Shown here in pieces: positions 24,679 to 33,211 of a stretch of DNA of 33,213 nt. The notes under the pieces are model-generated. The model was not told the DNA's origin, ran no database searches, and was given only the letters and a program-made list of their open reading frames with translations. The DNA comes from Campylobacterota bacterium (GTDB taxonomy: Bacteria > Campylobacterota > Campylobacteria > Campylobacterales > Arcobacteraceae): the NCBI GenBank assembly GCA_051746405.1, contig JBNJFB010000023.1:1-33213 (forward strand). Reading direction: 5' to 3'. The position numbers and the translations under genes are program-made. How positions within the stretch are numbered: the first letter of the stretch is position 1; every line of letters starts with the position of its first letter.

Positions 24679-27600
24679 GCAACTATTTGCTTTGTATCAG
24701 GATTACTTGTCACAGGTATATCTATATTTGTCTCATTAGTTGCAAATATCCAATATCCATAGCTATCTTCTAGATTTAAAAGTTGATTATAGTTAGTTTG
24801 GATTTGCTCTTTTGTCCAAACTTTCCACGTATTATTTTGATATGAATATACTGTGGAGATTTCATCATTAGTTAAATTATCTATATTTATTATATTGTCA
24901 GATGGAATTGAGACTAGATTCCAACCTTTGTTTAGTTGTATTGTATCTATTTGAATATCACTAGCATCTGCAACACACTTTACAAATCTACTTCCTCCAC
25001 CATATCCATTAGCTTTATCATCTGAAGTTATTGCAATCACTCCATTTGAACCATTTTCTAAGTCCATTCTAAAAGCACCTGCAATATCTTCATCAAGAGT
25101 TGATGACCAATAGTGTCCATCGTAGATATGCTCAAAAGTGTTTAATGCATTATTTGTATTGTTGTCTAAAGTTGAATATAGCTCTTGTATAGTTGGTAGT
25201 CTCCAGTTTGATTGATTTGCATGTGTTAAATCTTGACAATAGTCCCTTGCTTCACCCCAAGTTTTATACTCTTTTTCATCTACTGAAAAATGTATAGTAT
25301 CATCACCTGCAAAAGTATATGTTTGCCCCTCAAACTCTCTATCTTCCCAAAGTAAATCTTTAGTATTATCTATTACTATGTTTTGATTTGTATCTTTTGT
25401 GAAATTTACAGACTCTGTGATGTTTTGACCTCTTACACATTTTACTTTTTTTGTTAGGTTTATACCTCCGCTACTTGTACCTTTGTCGCCAAAATAACTC
25501 TGCCCATTCCACATATCATAATATATTGCTCTTGTAGTATCTTTGCTGTTTTCACTACTAGTCCATAAATAAACAGGGTGGTTTTCAAATATTTCATTTA
25601 ATGTTCTGTTTTCACTAAGCCCAAACTCTATTATTGTAGTAAGCTCTTTGGATGTTGGTAAACGCCAGTCATTAAACTCATTTACTACTAAGTTTTCACA
25701 GTACTCATTTGCTTCATCAAAAGTAAATGAACTTTCTGTATAGCTTTTATCACTCCATGAAAGAGTAGTGATAGTATCATATACCACATCACCTTTTTTC
25801 TCAAAGTTGTCATTAACAAGTTCATTTGAACTATTGATATCTAAGTGGGTTCCTTTTTCTATTAAATCTAATATTTTAATATATTTATTCTCTATTAGAA
25901 CAGAGTCATTTACTGTGTAATTATTAAGGTCATATATATTGTCAAGGACATCTGGAATTTCATTGTTATTTTCATCATAAGCATATCTTCCATCGTATTT
26001 CCACTTATCTAGGGCATCAATAACTAAGTCTTTATCAATATCTGATTTTTCTGGTTTAATCTCTTCATATATAATATTTCTCACACCTTTATTATCAACA
26101 ACCATAAGAAGTTCATTCTTATCAAGATTTAATTCACTTCCAATGATTTGTAAAGGATTTAAATTTTTACCATTTAATACTGCTTTTATATCTACATCTT
26201 CATTGTTTTGTAAATAGTAGTTTTCATCGATATATTTAGCTTCAATATCATAAAGAAGCAGATTTTTTGAGCTATGATAAGAGATGTTTCCTAGATTTCT
26301 AATTTTAAGTTTTGGAATCATAAAGATTCTAGAGACTACTTTTGCTAAATCTGCTCTAGATATTTTCATAGTAGGATCAGAGTAATCACTTAAAAAAAGT
26401 AGTCCATAAGCCCTAGTTATTTTTGCATATTTTTTTATAAGTGCATTAGAAAACTTATTCTCTAAAGAAAAATTATAGTTTAGATTATCAAATAGTTCTA
26501 TATTTTTATCAAGTTTTAAAACCTTTACTAATATCTTTGCTACTTCTTCTAAAGTAGGGTAGTTTATACTTAAGTCATAGGTCTTTTCTAAAGCATTTCT
26601 TTTATAAGCGTAAGTATAATAGCTACTTGCCCAAGTTGGATAGGTACTTATATATACATTTTCATCATTTAGGTTTATTTTATCTGCATTATTTGCTGCA
26701 TTTATAATCATTGCTAAGGTTTCTGCTAGTGATGCATTATCATCAGGTCTAAAAACTCTTTTTGTATTATCATTAGGGTTTTGCTGTCCACTTGCTACAC
26801 CCATAAGCGTTATAAAAGCTATATCTTTTATATTGTGATTGCTGTTATTTATATCCACATCACTATAAAAACTTGTAATATTATGAGGGTCAAGTTGAAA
26901 TATAGTTATATCTTTTACTACTTTTTCTTTTCCATCATTTAAACCAATTTTTACAGTATGTATTGGATTGTTGTCATTAAATGAGACTTTTAGAACACTT
27001 TTATCAAAGTATGCATCTCCTCCATCACTATTTTCTATACTTAAGTTTACAAAATCACCATCACTATCATAAGTATCTATTTTCAAAGATGCAGTTTCAT
27101 TTACGCCTGTAACTGTTTGAGTTAATTGTCCTTTTGAAAGTACTGGTTTACTGTTTGTTTTAGTAATACTCCAGATAGTTTCACTTCCATTTACTTTTAC
27201 AGCTTCTGAGTTTTTATCTATAAGCTTTACCTCAAGTCTATTTTCAGACTTTGAGTTATCAGGTCTTAAATCAACCATTAGTTGATTTCCACTTTTAATA
27301 AATGTAATACCACCATCAAAAAGGCTATCATTTAAGTAGTTATTATTTACAATTTTCACATCAAAATCTTCTATATTTTGATTAAATGTCCACGATTTGG
27401 TAAAACTTGAGGTCATAACTGTATAGTCTGTAATAGTTTCATCTATTAAGCTTATATTTTTAGTACTATTAGTATCAGTTGTAGGTATTCTATTTACTTC
27501 CCATTTCATTGGAAGAGAGTGAGAATAGGTTCTATTTACATACTTATTTGATGTATATGACAAACGTAAAGGTGTTATACCAGAATCACTAGGTAACAAA

Positions 27601-29903
27601 ATGTTTAGGTTATGATTTTCAATATTTACATTTAGACTCTCTATTTTATTTGAACCCACTTCTTTATACCAAAGTTTTATAGTAGAGTTTGAGTCTAGTG
27701 CATCTTGAATAAACTCTTTTAATGATAAAGCATTTTTACCAACTGTTATAGAGACTTTGCTATTTATATTACCTTGAATTTTATAATCTTCTAAAGTTAT
27801 GTCATCTTGAATATTAAAAATAACACTAGGTTTGTTTTGTTCTATTTGTTCTAATTCTATAAGCTTTTTTCTTTCTATTATTTTTGATTGTATTAGTGCT
27901 TTATTTATGATTAAATCAACTCTTTTATTAAACCATAAATCACCAAGAAGTTTTATGCTTGTAAGTAACCTTTCATTTTCATCAAAGTATTTAGCCCAAG
28001 CATTTATGACTTCAGGTTTATTATCAATATCATCTGATATTTTTTTAGCTAATTTATATTGTGAATAAAAAGGACCTGCTATAGGAGTTAGCTCATAAAC
28101 AGCGTCTATAAACCCATCAATAGCTATTTTTAAATCATCATCTTTTATAATATTTTCAGTGCTACCTTGTACAATTTTTATTACTAAATCATTTAGTTTA
28201 GAAACAAAATAAACAGCAAATTTATGTTTATTATTATTCACTAAAGTTTGCAACGCTTCATTTGATATATCTCCATAAGAGCCAATTATAGTACTTGCAA
28301 AAGAGGCTGTATCCTCTTGATTTTTCATGTCATAGATTAGGCTATCATTTAAATTAAAGCCTTGTTCTATTAAGCTTTTTACCCATATAAAATGTTTACT
28401 TTGAGTAAATTCAAAAGCTTTTTTCATAGCTCCTTTTGTTTTGTATGTTAGAGAAGTTAATGTGTTGAGTTTAGTAGATACTTTTGGAAGTTTTGTTATA
28501 AAAGAACTAGAACCCAAAGTTAATATATCAGCTACTGCACTAGTAGTATTTAAAGCACTACCCCATGCAAACTTTGTATAATCATTAAACTCTAAAGACA
28601 TGGAGCTATCGATATTATTTTTTAGTTCATCTATTTTCAGCTGTTTTGCTTGAACCATATTTTTCATACTATTTTTTATATATTCACCCTCGTGTCCAAA
28701 GCTAGATGCACTTATATCTAAACCCAAAGCTTTTATTTCAAAAATAAGTTTTTTCCTATTTTCTTTCGAAAGATTAAATGAATCAAATTTATTTAATGTT
28801 ATTGCATTTTTATACTTTTCATTTGCATAGATTAAGCTTGCTATACTTAAAGCCTTATCTTCGCTTAAATATATATTCCCATTAAAACTATCTATACTAT
28901 TTTTACTAAGCTCATAAAAATCAATATTTTTAATAATATTATTCAAGTAGGAACCTAAAAAGTGTGTTTTAAAGCTCATATCACAATTTTTTAAATCACT
29001 ATTTACCTTGTTGTATGCTAACTCATTTGTAAAGGCATCTGATAGGCTTTGAAATATATTTAAAACTTCAAGATTCAAAATAGCCTGACTACCTACATAT
29101 TTACAACTCTCCCTTGGTATTAATTGTGAATTTTCATCAAAAGTTCTTAAAATAGATTCTGTTTGTTCAAGCATACTTCCATCTTTAAAATATATGCTAC
29201 TTAAGTTGTATATAGGGTCAAACCTATTTTCATATTGGGAAATAAAAATTTTATTATATCCGAAAGTTTGTTTGAAACTTTTTTGGGATGAATTAAACGA
29301 TACAGGAGGAGCTCCAAAAGTATGCACATATATATTATCTCCTAAAATACCTCGTTGTTTTAGTGATGCACCATAAAGCTTAGCTACTGCACCACCTAAA
29401 CTATGTCCTGTGAGTATAAAAATAGTATTTGAGTTTATGTAACTGTCTAAATTGTTATTATCTATAAGTATAGATGGTTCATTATCTCTAATCTTAGTCA
29501 TATAGTTTTGAAAGCCACTATGTACAATTATCTCTTCATCCTCTACAAAATTAGCTTTTTTTGAGTTTAAGTCAGTTAACAAATCTTTAAATGAGGATGT
29601 TCCTCTAAATCCTATAACTACTATTTTTTTAGCAAACTCATCTTTTGTCATAGATATAAATTCATTGCCACCATAAGAGCTATTTAGTTTTATATTAGAA
29701 AAACCATTGTCTTCTAAAAAAGCTATATCTTCATTACTAAGTGAGTCTTTATATGATATTTCTGATATTTTTGCCATCAAATAGGCAACTTTCATATTTT
29801 TTTTACCACTTCTATCTAAAAGCTCATTTTCACTGATATTTAGATTAAAAAATGAAGCAAAACTAAAACTTATAAAAACAAAAAGTAAAAATACTATCTT
29901 CAT
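24474..29903 (-). CDS. Large secreted mosaic protein: lipase class 3 - helical region - Ig-like region - 3x SLH-like - Ca-binding-like repeat - 2x DUF1566 (Lcl C-terminal) - two Trp-rich modules
   Basis: Signal peptide. Lipase_3 motifs IGFRGT, VHSGF, TGHSLGG (29394-29408), TFGAPPV. SLH-like FYSDV...FRPDDNASLAE and ISRADLAKVV (26322-26870). DIDKDLVIDALD...IPDVLD. Two DUF1566-type units (LSW...YCENL...WRLPTSKEL...VKCVR; LLWE...YCQDL...WRLPTIQEL...YWSST...VKCV). Confidence 0.88.
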   Translation of the reverse strand: MKIVFLLFVFISFSFASFFNLNISENELLDRSGKKNMKVAYLMAKISEISYKDSLSNEDIAFLEDNGFSNIKLNSSYGGNEFISMTKDEFAKKIVVIGFRGTSSFKDLLTDLNSKKANFVEDEEIIVHSGFQNYMTKIRDNEPSILIDNNNLDSYINSNTIFILTGHSLGGAVAKLYGASLKQRGILGDNIYVHTFGAPPVSFNSSQKSFKQTFGYNKIFISQYENRFDPIYNLSSIYFKDGSMLEQTESILRTFDENSQLIPRESCKYVGSQAILNLEVLNIFQSLSDAFTNELAYNKVNSDLKNCDMSFKTHFLGSYLNNIIKNIDFYELSKNSIDSFNGNIYLSEDKALSIASLIYANEKYKNAITLNKFDSFNLSKENRKKLIFEIKALGLDISASSFGHEGEYIKNSMKNMVQAKQLKIDELKNNIDSSMSLEFNDYTKFAWGSALNTTSAVADILTLGSSSFITKLPKVSTKLNTLTSLTYKTKGAMKKAFEFTQSKHFIWVKSLIEQGFNLNDSLIYDMKNQEDTASFASTIIGSYGDISNEALQTLVNNNKHKFAVYFVSKLNDLVIKIVQGSTENIIKDDDLKIAIDGFIDAVYELTPIAGPFYSQYKLAKKISDDIDNKPEVINAWAKYFDENERLLTSIKLLGDLWFNKRVDLIINKALIQSKIIERKKLIELEQIEQNKPSVIFNIQDDITLEDYKIQGNINSKVSITVGKNALSLKEFIQDALDSNSTIKLWYKEVGSNKIESLNVNIENHNLNILLPSDSGITPLRLSYTSNKYVNRTYSHSLPMKWEVNRIPTTDTNSTKNISLIDETITDYTVMTSSFTKSWTFNQNIEDFDVKIVNNNYLNDSLFDGGITFIKSGNQLMVDLRPDNSKSENRLEVKLIDKNSEAVKVNGSETIWSITKTNSKPVLSKGQLTQTVTGVNETASLKIDTYDSDGDFVNLSIENSDGGDAYFDKSVLKVSFNDNNPIHTVKIGLNDGKEKVVKDITIFQLDPHNITSFYSDVDINNSNHNIKDIAFITLMGVASGQQNPNDNTKRVFRPDDNASLAETLAMIINAANNADKINLNDENVYISTYPTWASSYYTYAYKRNALEKTYDLSINYPTLEEVAKILVKVLKLDKNIELFDNLNYNFSLENKFSNALIKKYAKITRAYGLLFLSDYSDPTMKISRADLAKVVSRIFMIPKLKIRNLGNISYHSSKNLLLYDIEAKYIDENYYLQNNEDVDIKAVLNGKNLNPLQIIGSELNLDKNELLMVVDNKGVRNIIYEEIKPEKSDIDKDLVIDALDKWKYDGRYAYDENNNEIPDVLDNIYDLNNYTVNDSVLIENKYIKILDLIEKGTHLDINSSNELVNDNFEKKGDVVYDTITTLSWSDKSYTESSFTFDEANEYCENLVVNEFNDWRLPTSKELTTIIEFGLSENRTLNEIFENHPVYLWTSSENSKDTTRAIYYDMWNGQSYFGDKGTSSGGINLTKKVKCVRGQNITESVNFTKDTNQNIVIDNTKDLLWEDREFEGQTYTFAGDDTIHFSVDEKEYKTWGEARDYCQDLTHANQSNWRLPTIQELYSTLDNNTNNALNTFEHIYDGHYWSSTLDEDIAGAFRMDLENGSNGVIAITSDDKANGYGGGSRFVKCVADASDIQIDTIQLNKGWNLVSIPSDNIINIDNLTNDEISTVYSYQNNTWKVWTKEQIQTNYNQLLNLEDSYGYWIFATNETNIDIPVTSNPDTKQIVANTWSLQGSRQISDFDSFFNSTDTSIIWKYKDGKYKAIAKDSQINSKLISNDINPIESIEKYEGFWVR

Positions 29904-29912
29904 AATATTAAC

Positions 29913-30302
29913 CTATGGTTCCAAACATCTAGTAACAGTTTCATTACAAAATAGTCTTTTACCATTTCCTAACTCTATTTTATATACTCTTATAAACTCT
30001 TTTGCAGGTTTGATACCTATAGATTTGTACTCTATTTTATTTGTTTTTAGATACCTTTTTACCTCTTTTTTAGTTGGCATAAACTTTTCTATTTGGCATT
30101 TATCCAAAGAGTTTTGCAGTGGTGGTGGTAGCATATGAAGCATTGGTGGGATAGATTCACAGGCACTATTTGATGACTTTTTTTTGCTTGGTGTTTTTTC
30201 TTTGTTTTTTAGTTGTTCCATTGATGGCATTGCAGGGGGAGCTTGAATGTCTTGAGCTACTAAATAGCTACATAAAAATAGTATTGAAAATAGTTTTTTC
30301 AT
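29913..30302 (-). CDS. Small exported Pro-rich protein with four mature-region cysteines
   Basis: Signal peptide ending LVA|Q; CESIPPMLHMLPPPLQNSLDKC and LFCNETVTRC; GAGG RBS; ends 9 bp before the lipase mosaic start. Confidence 0.8.
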   Translation of the reverse strand: MKKLFSILFLCSYLVAQDIQAPPAMPSMEQLKNKEKTPSKKKSSNSACESIPPMLHMLPPPLQNSLDKCQIEKFMPTKKEVKRYLKTNKIEYKSIGIKPAKEFIRVYKIELGNGKRLFCNETVTRCLEP

Positions 30303-30325
30303 GATAACCTCAATATTTTTTACAA

Positions 30326-30334
30326 ATTATAACA
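30326..30334 (-). promoter_or_regulatory. Extended -10 promoter (TGTTATAAT) for the 129aa-lipase-S41 unit
   Basis: Perfect TGnTATAAT on the minus strand, 23 bp upstream of ATG 30302, with GAGG at 30308-30311. Confidence 0.55.
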
Positions 30335-30373
30335 TAAAAACTATAAAAATTTTTAAAGATAGGATTGATTTTT

Positions 30374-30400
30374 TAAGTGTAAGCTTTGGGCTTACACTTA
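30374..30400 (-). terminator. Stem-loop immediately 3' of the 385-aa gene
   Basis: TAAGTGTAAGC (30374-30384) and GCTTACACTTA (30390-30400) form a perfect 11-bp stem with a 5-nt loop, 2 bp after the stop. No U-tract follows on the minus strand, so it may stabilise mRNA rather than terminate. Confidence 0.55.
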
Positions 30401-30402
30401 TA

Positions 30403-31560
30403 TTATTGATTATATTGTTCTATTAAGTCTTTTATTAAAGTTACCGTAGCATCACTTCCCCAAAGCATTTGTTCATTCCATACACTACCTACTTTATCCA
30501 ATCCTTTTACTTCTAAAGCATAACCTGTACTTGTATTACTTGAAGAGATTATATTCATAGTCATAGTTTCATCAGGAAGTGTTATGTGTAAACCATAAGT
30601 GTTTATTTCCCATGAACCTATTATATTATTTGTTCTATCTACTTTTGTGTAGTTTGTTTCAGATGTATCTATAACACCCTGAACCACATCACCAGTTGTA
30701 TCTGTTGAAGTACCATCTAACATAGCATAATCATTTGTAAACCAGTTATTACCTATAAGGAACATATCTAGCATCTGGTCATTGTTTTTTACTGTTATCT
30801 CTTGTGTTCCATCCCAATATTTTGGTGCCCAGTCCCATACATCAGTCCAACCGTCACCTGGGGTTACTACTTTTATGCTTAGATTTGTTAGGTATAAGTC
30901 ACTATAAGATGTTCCATCTATTGATGTAATTTTTTCAGTTGTACCTATAGTTAAGTTATATTCACCACCATCATAAGTACTTTTTACATTAGCTTGGGTT
31001 GCATTGATATTTGATAGATCATAAGATCTCTCTTCTTCAGTTGTCCAAGAAGCTGTTCCTGAACTAGACTCCTCATACTCATTTGGTGAAAATGTAAGAT
31101 AAGTACCTGTCTTACTCATCTTATCAAACCAATCAAAATCATCCATATTGAATGATATATGATTTGAGAAATCACTAGTTAAATCTATTTGAGCAGTTGT
31201 TGATTCTGTTACTATATCAGGTGATGAAGAATTATCATCTGTAGAGTCATCATCTACATAAGTACCATCATTACACATTACCCAAAAACCTTGACCTATA
31301 GGTATAGTGGAAATCTGTGTAAAACTACTAGTACTATTCTCATCTTTTGAATAAACAGTCCATGGTTCACTAGAATTACTATGGTCATAAGTCCATACTG
31401 TATCGATATTTGAGTTACTTTGAAGCTCTGTTACAGTTATATCGTTTGTAGCACCTTTTAGATGCCATCCATTGTCTGTTGAATCTACACATAAGTTAGT
31501 TTGAGCCATAAGTGCACTTGCAGTAAGTGCACTTAAAGCAAGAGATTTAAGTACTTTCAT
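30403..31560 (-). CDS. Exported acidic D/S/T-rich protein with one N-terminal Trp-rich module
   Basis: Signal peptide ALMA|Q; NGWHLKG...VWTYD...WTVY...IPIGQGFWV (31273-31503); acidic linker DDDSTDDNSSS; remainder unrecognised; AAGGA RBS. Confidence 0.85.
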   Translation of the reverse strand: MKVLKSLALSALTASALMAQTNLCVDSTDNGWHLKGATNDITVTELQSNSNIDTVWTYDHSNSSEPWTVYSKDENSTSSFTQISTIPIGQGFWVMCNDGTYVDDDSTDDNSSSPDIVTESTTAQIDLTSDFSNHISFNMDDFDWFDKMSKTGTYLTFSPNEYEESSSGTASWTTEEERSYDLSNINATQANVKSTYDGGEYNLTIGTTEKITSIDGTSYSDLYLTNLSIKVVTPGDGWTDVWDWAPKYWDGTQEITVKNNDQMLDMFLIGNNWFTNDYAMLDGTSTDTTGDVVQGVIDTSETNYTKVDRTNNIIGSWEINTYGLHITLPDETMTMNIISSSNTSTGYALEVKGLDKVGSVWNEQMLWGSDATVTLIKDLIEQYNQ

Positions 31561-31623
31561 TCTGTTTCCTTATTGTTAAAAGTTACTTAAATATTATCTA
31601 TTCTATACTTAAGCTATCTTTAA

Positions 31624-32991
31624 TTAGTATCCACTATTTGTAGTACCTATGTAGTTAAATAACGGCTTCTCTGAAAATACTTCCATATATGTACCACTGT
31701 AGTATGTGTACATTTTACCATCTTTTATTTCATATTTTTGGCAGTATGTACCATCTTCATGACATAAGTCTAAAATATTATTTGAGATAGTGTAAGAAGA
31801 GTTTTCTTCTACTTCATAGCTATCATATTCGCCAGTAGTTTCATCCCAAATTTCTCTATAAATCTTTCCATTTTCAAGCTTCATACCCCATAGTGTGTTA
31901 TTTGTAGCAGTAAAAAACTTATCCCATGTATCATGTGTAGCGAAGTCTATCTCTTGCCCATCATAACCTACACTTGCATCCCAGTTTTCTGCATCTATGC
32001 TAATTTCTGCTAACCAAAAATCTCCTATTTTGTACATAAATGTTAAACTACTATCTTCTTTATAACCATAGTGGTAACCTCCTGTCTCATCAAAAGTTTC
32101 ATCTTCATATGATGAGTAAGTATCTGTACCACTAATAACACCATTTGAGTAAGTAGAATCTCTATTATTACCCTCATAGTCAAACTCTAAACTACCATCA
32201 CTATTTAGCTTTATATAACCTCCCCAGCTTTTATATAAAGTATATGGTAAAGTAGGGTTAAAAGTATCTTTTGTAGCACTTGTTGATATTAAAGCTTTAG
32301 TATATCCCTCATATTCATAATAGTTTGGCTCAGCATCTGGTTTTTTTGTTAGAACTATACCGTTTTCATTTTTTGCCAAAGCTTTTAGATTGACTTCATG
32401 CATATCTGTAGTATTTAAGTCACTTGAGTTATAATACTCTGTATATTTTAAAACACCCTCATTAAACTCATACTCATCACTATATTGAGCATAATTACTA
32501 TAATCAAATTTTGCATAACCAGTTGAATCAAAATCTATACTATCTTCTAAATGGTAGTTACTTGAATAAAAACTTTTATTTGCCACATCATTTAATTCAA
32601 GTGCAACAAAGTCATAGTTAAGTTCATAGTCGTATTGCTGAGGGATATTTGTAGTCTCTACTAGATTTATGCTTTTGATATAGTTAGAGTCATTTAAAAC
32701 CCAAAGCCCACTATATGTATCTAAATAGTTTGTTTGGTTAGAACTATACGAAGAGTTTGAGATATTTGCTTTACTATCTTGAGTATTACCATACACTAGC
32801 CAAGATTTATTTTGATTTTCAAAAGCCCACACATACTTTACATCTGTATAAGACGCAAATGTATTTTGTAAATCAAGCTTCATACCACCTGTACCTATTA
32901 GGTTCCATCCTGGCTGTAAGTTTACAGTTTGAGCACACAAAGATGATAGACTTAAAAACGCAGCAGTTACAAAAGATAACTTTTTGTTCAT
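31624..32991 (-). CDS. Exported acidic Tyr-rich protein with one N-terminal Trp-rich module
   Basis: Signal peptide LCA|Q; LQPGWNLIG...VWAFE...WLVY...LDTYSGLWV (32692-32931); remainder Y/D/E/S-rich and unrecognised; GAGGA RBS and TATAAT at 33023-33028. Confidence 0.85.
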   Translation of the reverse strand: MNKKLSFVTAAFLSLSSLCAQTVNLQPGWNLIGTGGMKLDLQNTFASYTDVKYVWAFENQNKSWLVYGNTQDSKANISNSSYSSNQTNYLDTYSGLWVLNDSNYIKSINLVETTNIPQQYDYELNYDFVALELNDVANKSFYSSNYHLEDSIDFDSTGYAKFDYSNYAQYSDEYEFNEGVLKYTEYYNSSDLNTTDMHEVNLKALAKNENGIVLTKKPDAEPNYYEYEGYTKALISTSATKDTFNPTLPYTLYKSWGGYIKLNSDGSLEFDYEGNNRDSTYSNGVISGTDTYSSYEDETFDETGGYHYGYKEDSSLTFMYKIGDFWLAEISIDAENWDASVGYDGQEIDFATHDTWDKFFTATNNTLWGMKLENGKIYREIWDETTGEYDSYEVEENSSYTISNNILDLCHEDGTYCQKYEIKDGKMYTYYSGTYMEVFSEKPLFNYIGTTNSGY

Positions 32992-33088
32992 TGTTTCCTC
33001 ACTTATTTTTTATTATGTTATAATTATATAAAAAAATTATAAAATTAAAATAAATTCAAACGTGAGTTTGTTATTATTGCTATAACTC

Positions 33089-33211
33089 TTATGCACCAAG
33101 CACAAGCAATCTATCAATTTCTTTGTCCCAAACTTTCTCATCCCAAGACTTGTCACTGCTTCTATCAAATACTATTAAAACTCCCTCACTAGCATCTACT
33201 TTATCCATATA
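33089..33211 (-). CDS. 3' fragment of a probable AAA-ATPase / PD-(D/E)XK nuclease-domain protein (runs off the window)
   Basis: Not in the ORF track. Manual translation gives ...YMDKVDASEGVLIVFDRSSDKSWDEKVWDKEIDRLLVLGA-stop, matching the YMDxxxxxEGxLxxFDR...W[DE]EK C-terminus I recognise from this family. Only 40 codons are visible. Confidence 0.6.
   Translation of the reverse strand, partial: YMDKVDASEGVLIVFDRSSDKSWDEKVWDKEIDRLLVLGA

Noticed and set aside
20081..24944. C-terminal tails as PEP-CTERM/GlyGly-CTERM sorting signals or autotransporter beta-barrels
   Set aside because: There is no hydrophobic TM helix with a basic tail, no ~250-300-aa barrel, and the same module also occurs at N-termini.
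22810..25787. Diversity-generating retroelement (near-identical repeat pair close to DUF1566 domains, which are known DGR targets)
   Set aside because: No reverse transcriptase in the window. The repeats lie in the Trp-rich module, not in DUF1566. Both copies are coding, and the 6 mismatches are mixed transitions, not adenine-specific.
32932..32991. Lipoprotein signal in the 455-aa protein (Cys19)
   Set aside because: SSLC does not fit the [LVI][ASTVI][GAS]C lipobox. LCA|QT fits signal peptidase I and parallels LMA|QT in the neighbouring gene.
20081..32991. D/E-x-N-x-S/T N-glycosylation sequons in the exported proteins (e.g. DENST, DDNSS, EYNLT, ETNYT)
   Set aside because: Expected by chance in such D/N/S/T-rich sequences, and no oligosaccharyltransferase gene is visible to support it.
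393..33023. Short or antisense ORFs in the track (e.g. 393-935, 1298-1480, 2984-3244, 3204-3410, 5902-6111, 6404-6703, 12266-13494 minus-strand set, 19738-19935, 24574-24762, 27832-28068, 29194-29376, 32757-33023)
   Set aside because: They overlap well-supported genes, mostly on the opposite strand, and have the F/L/I/S-rich composition expected from shadow frames of AT-rich coding DNA.
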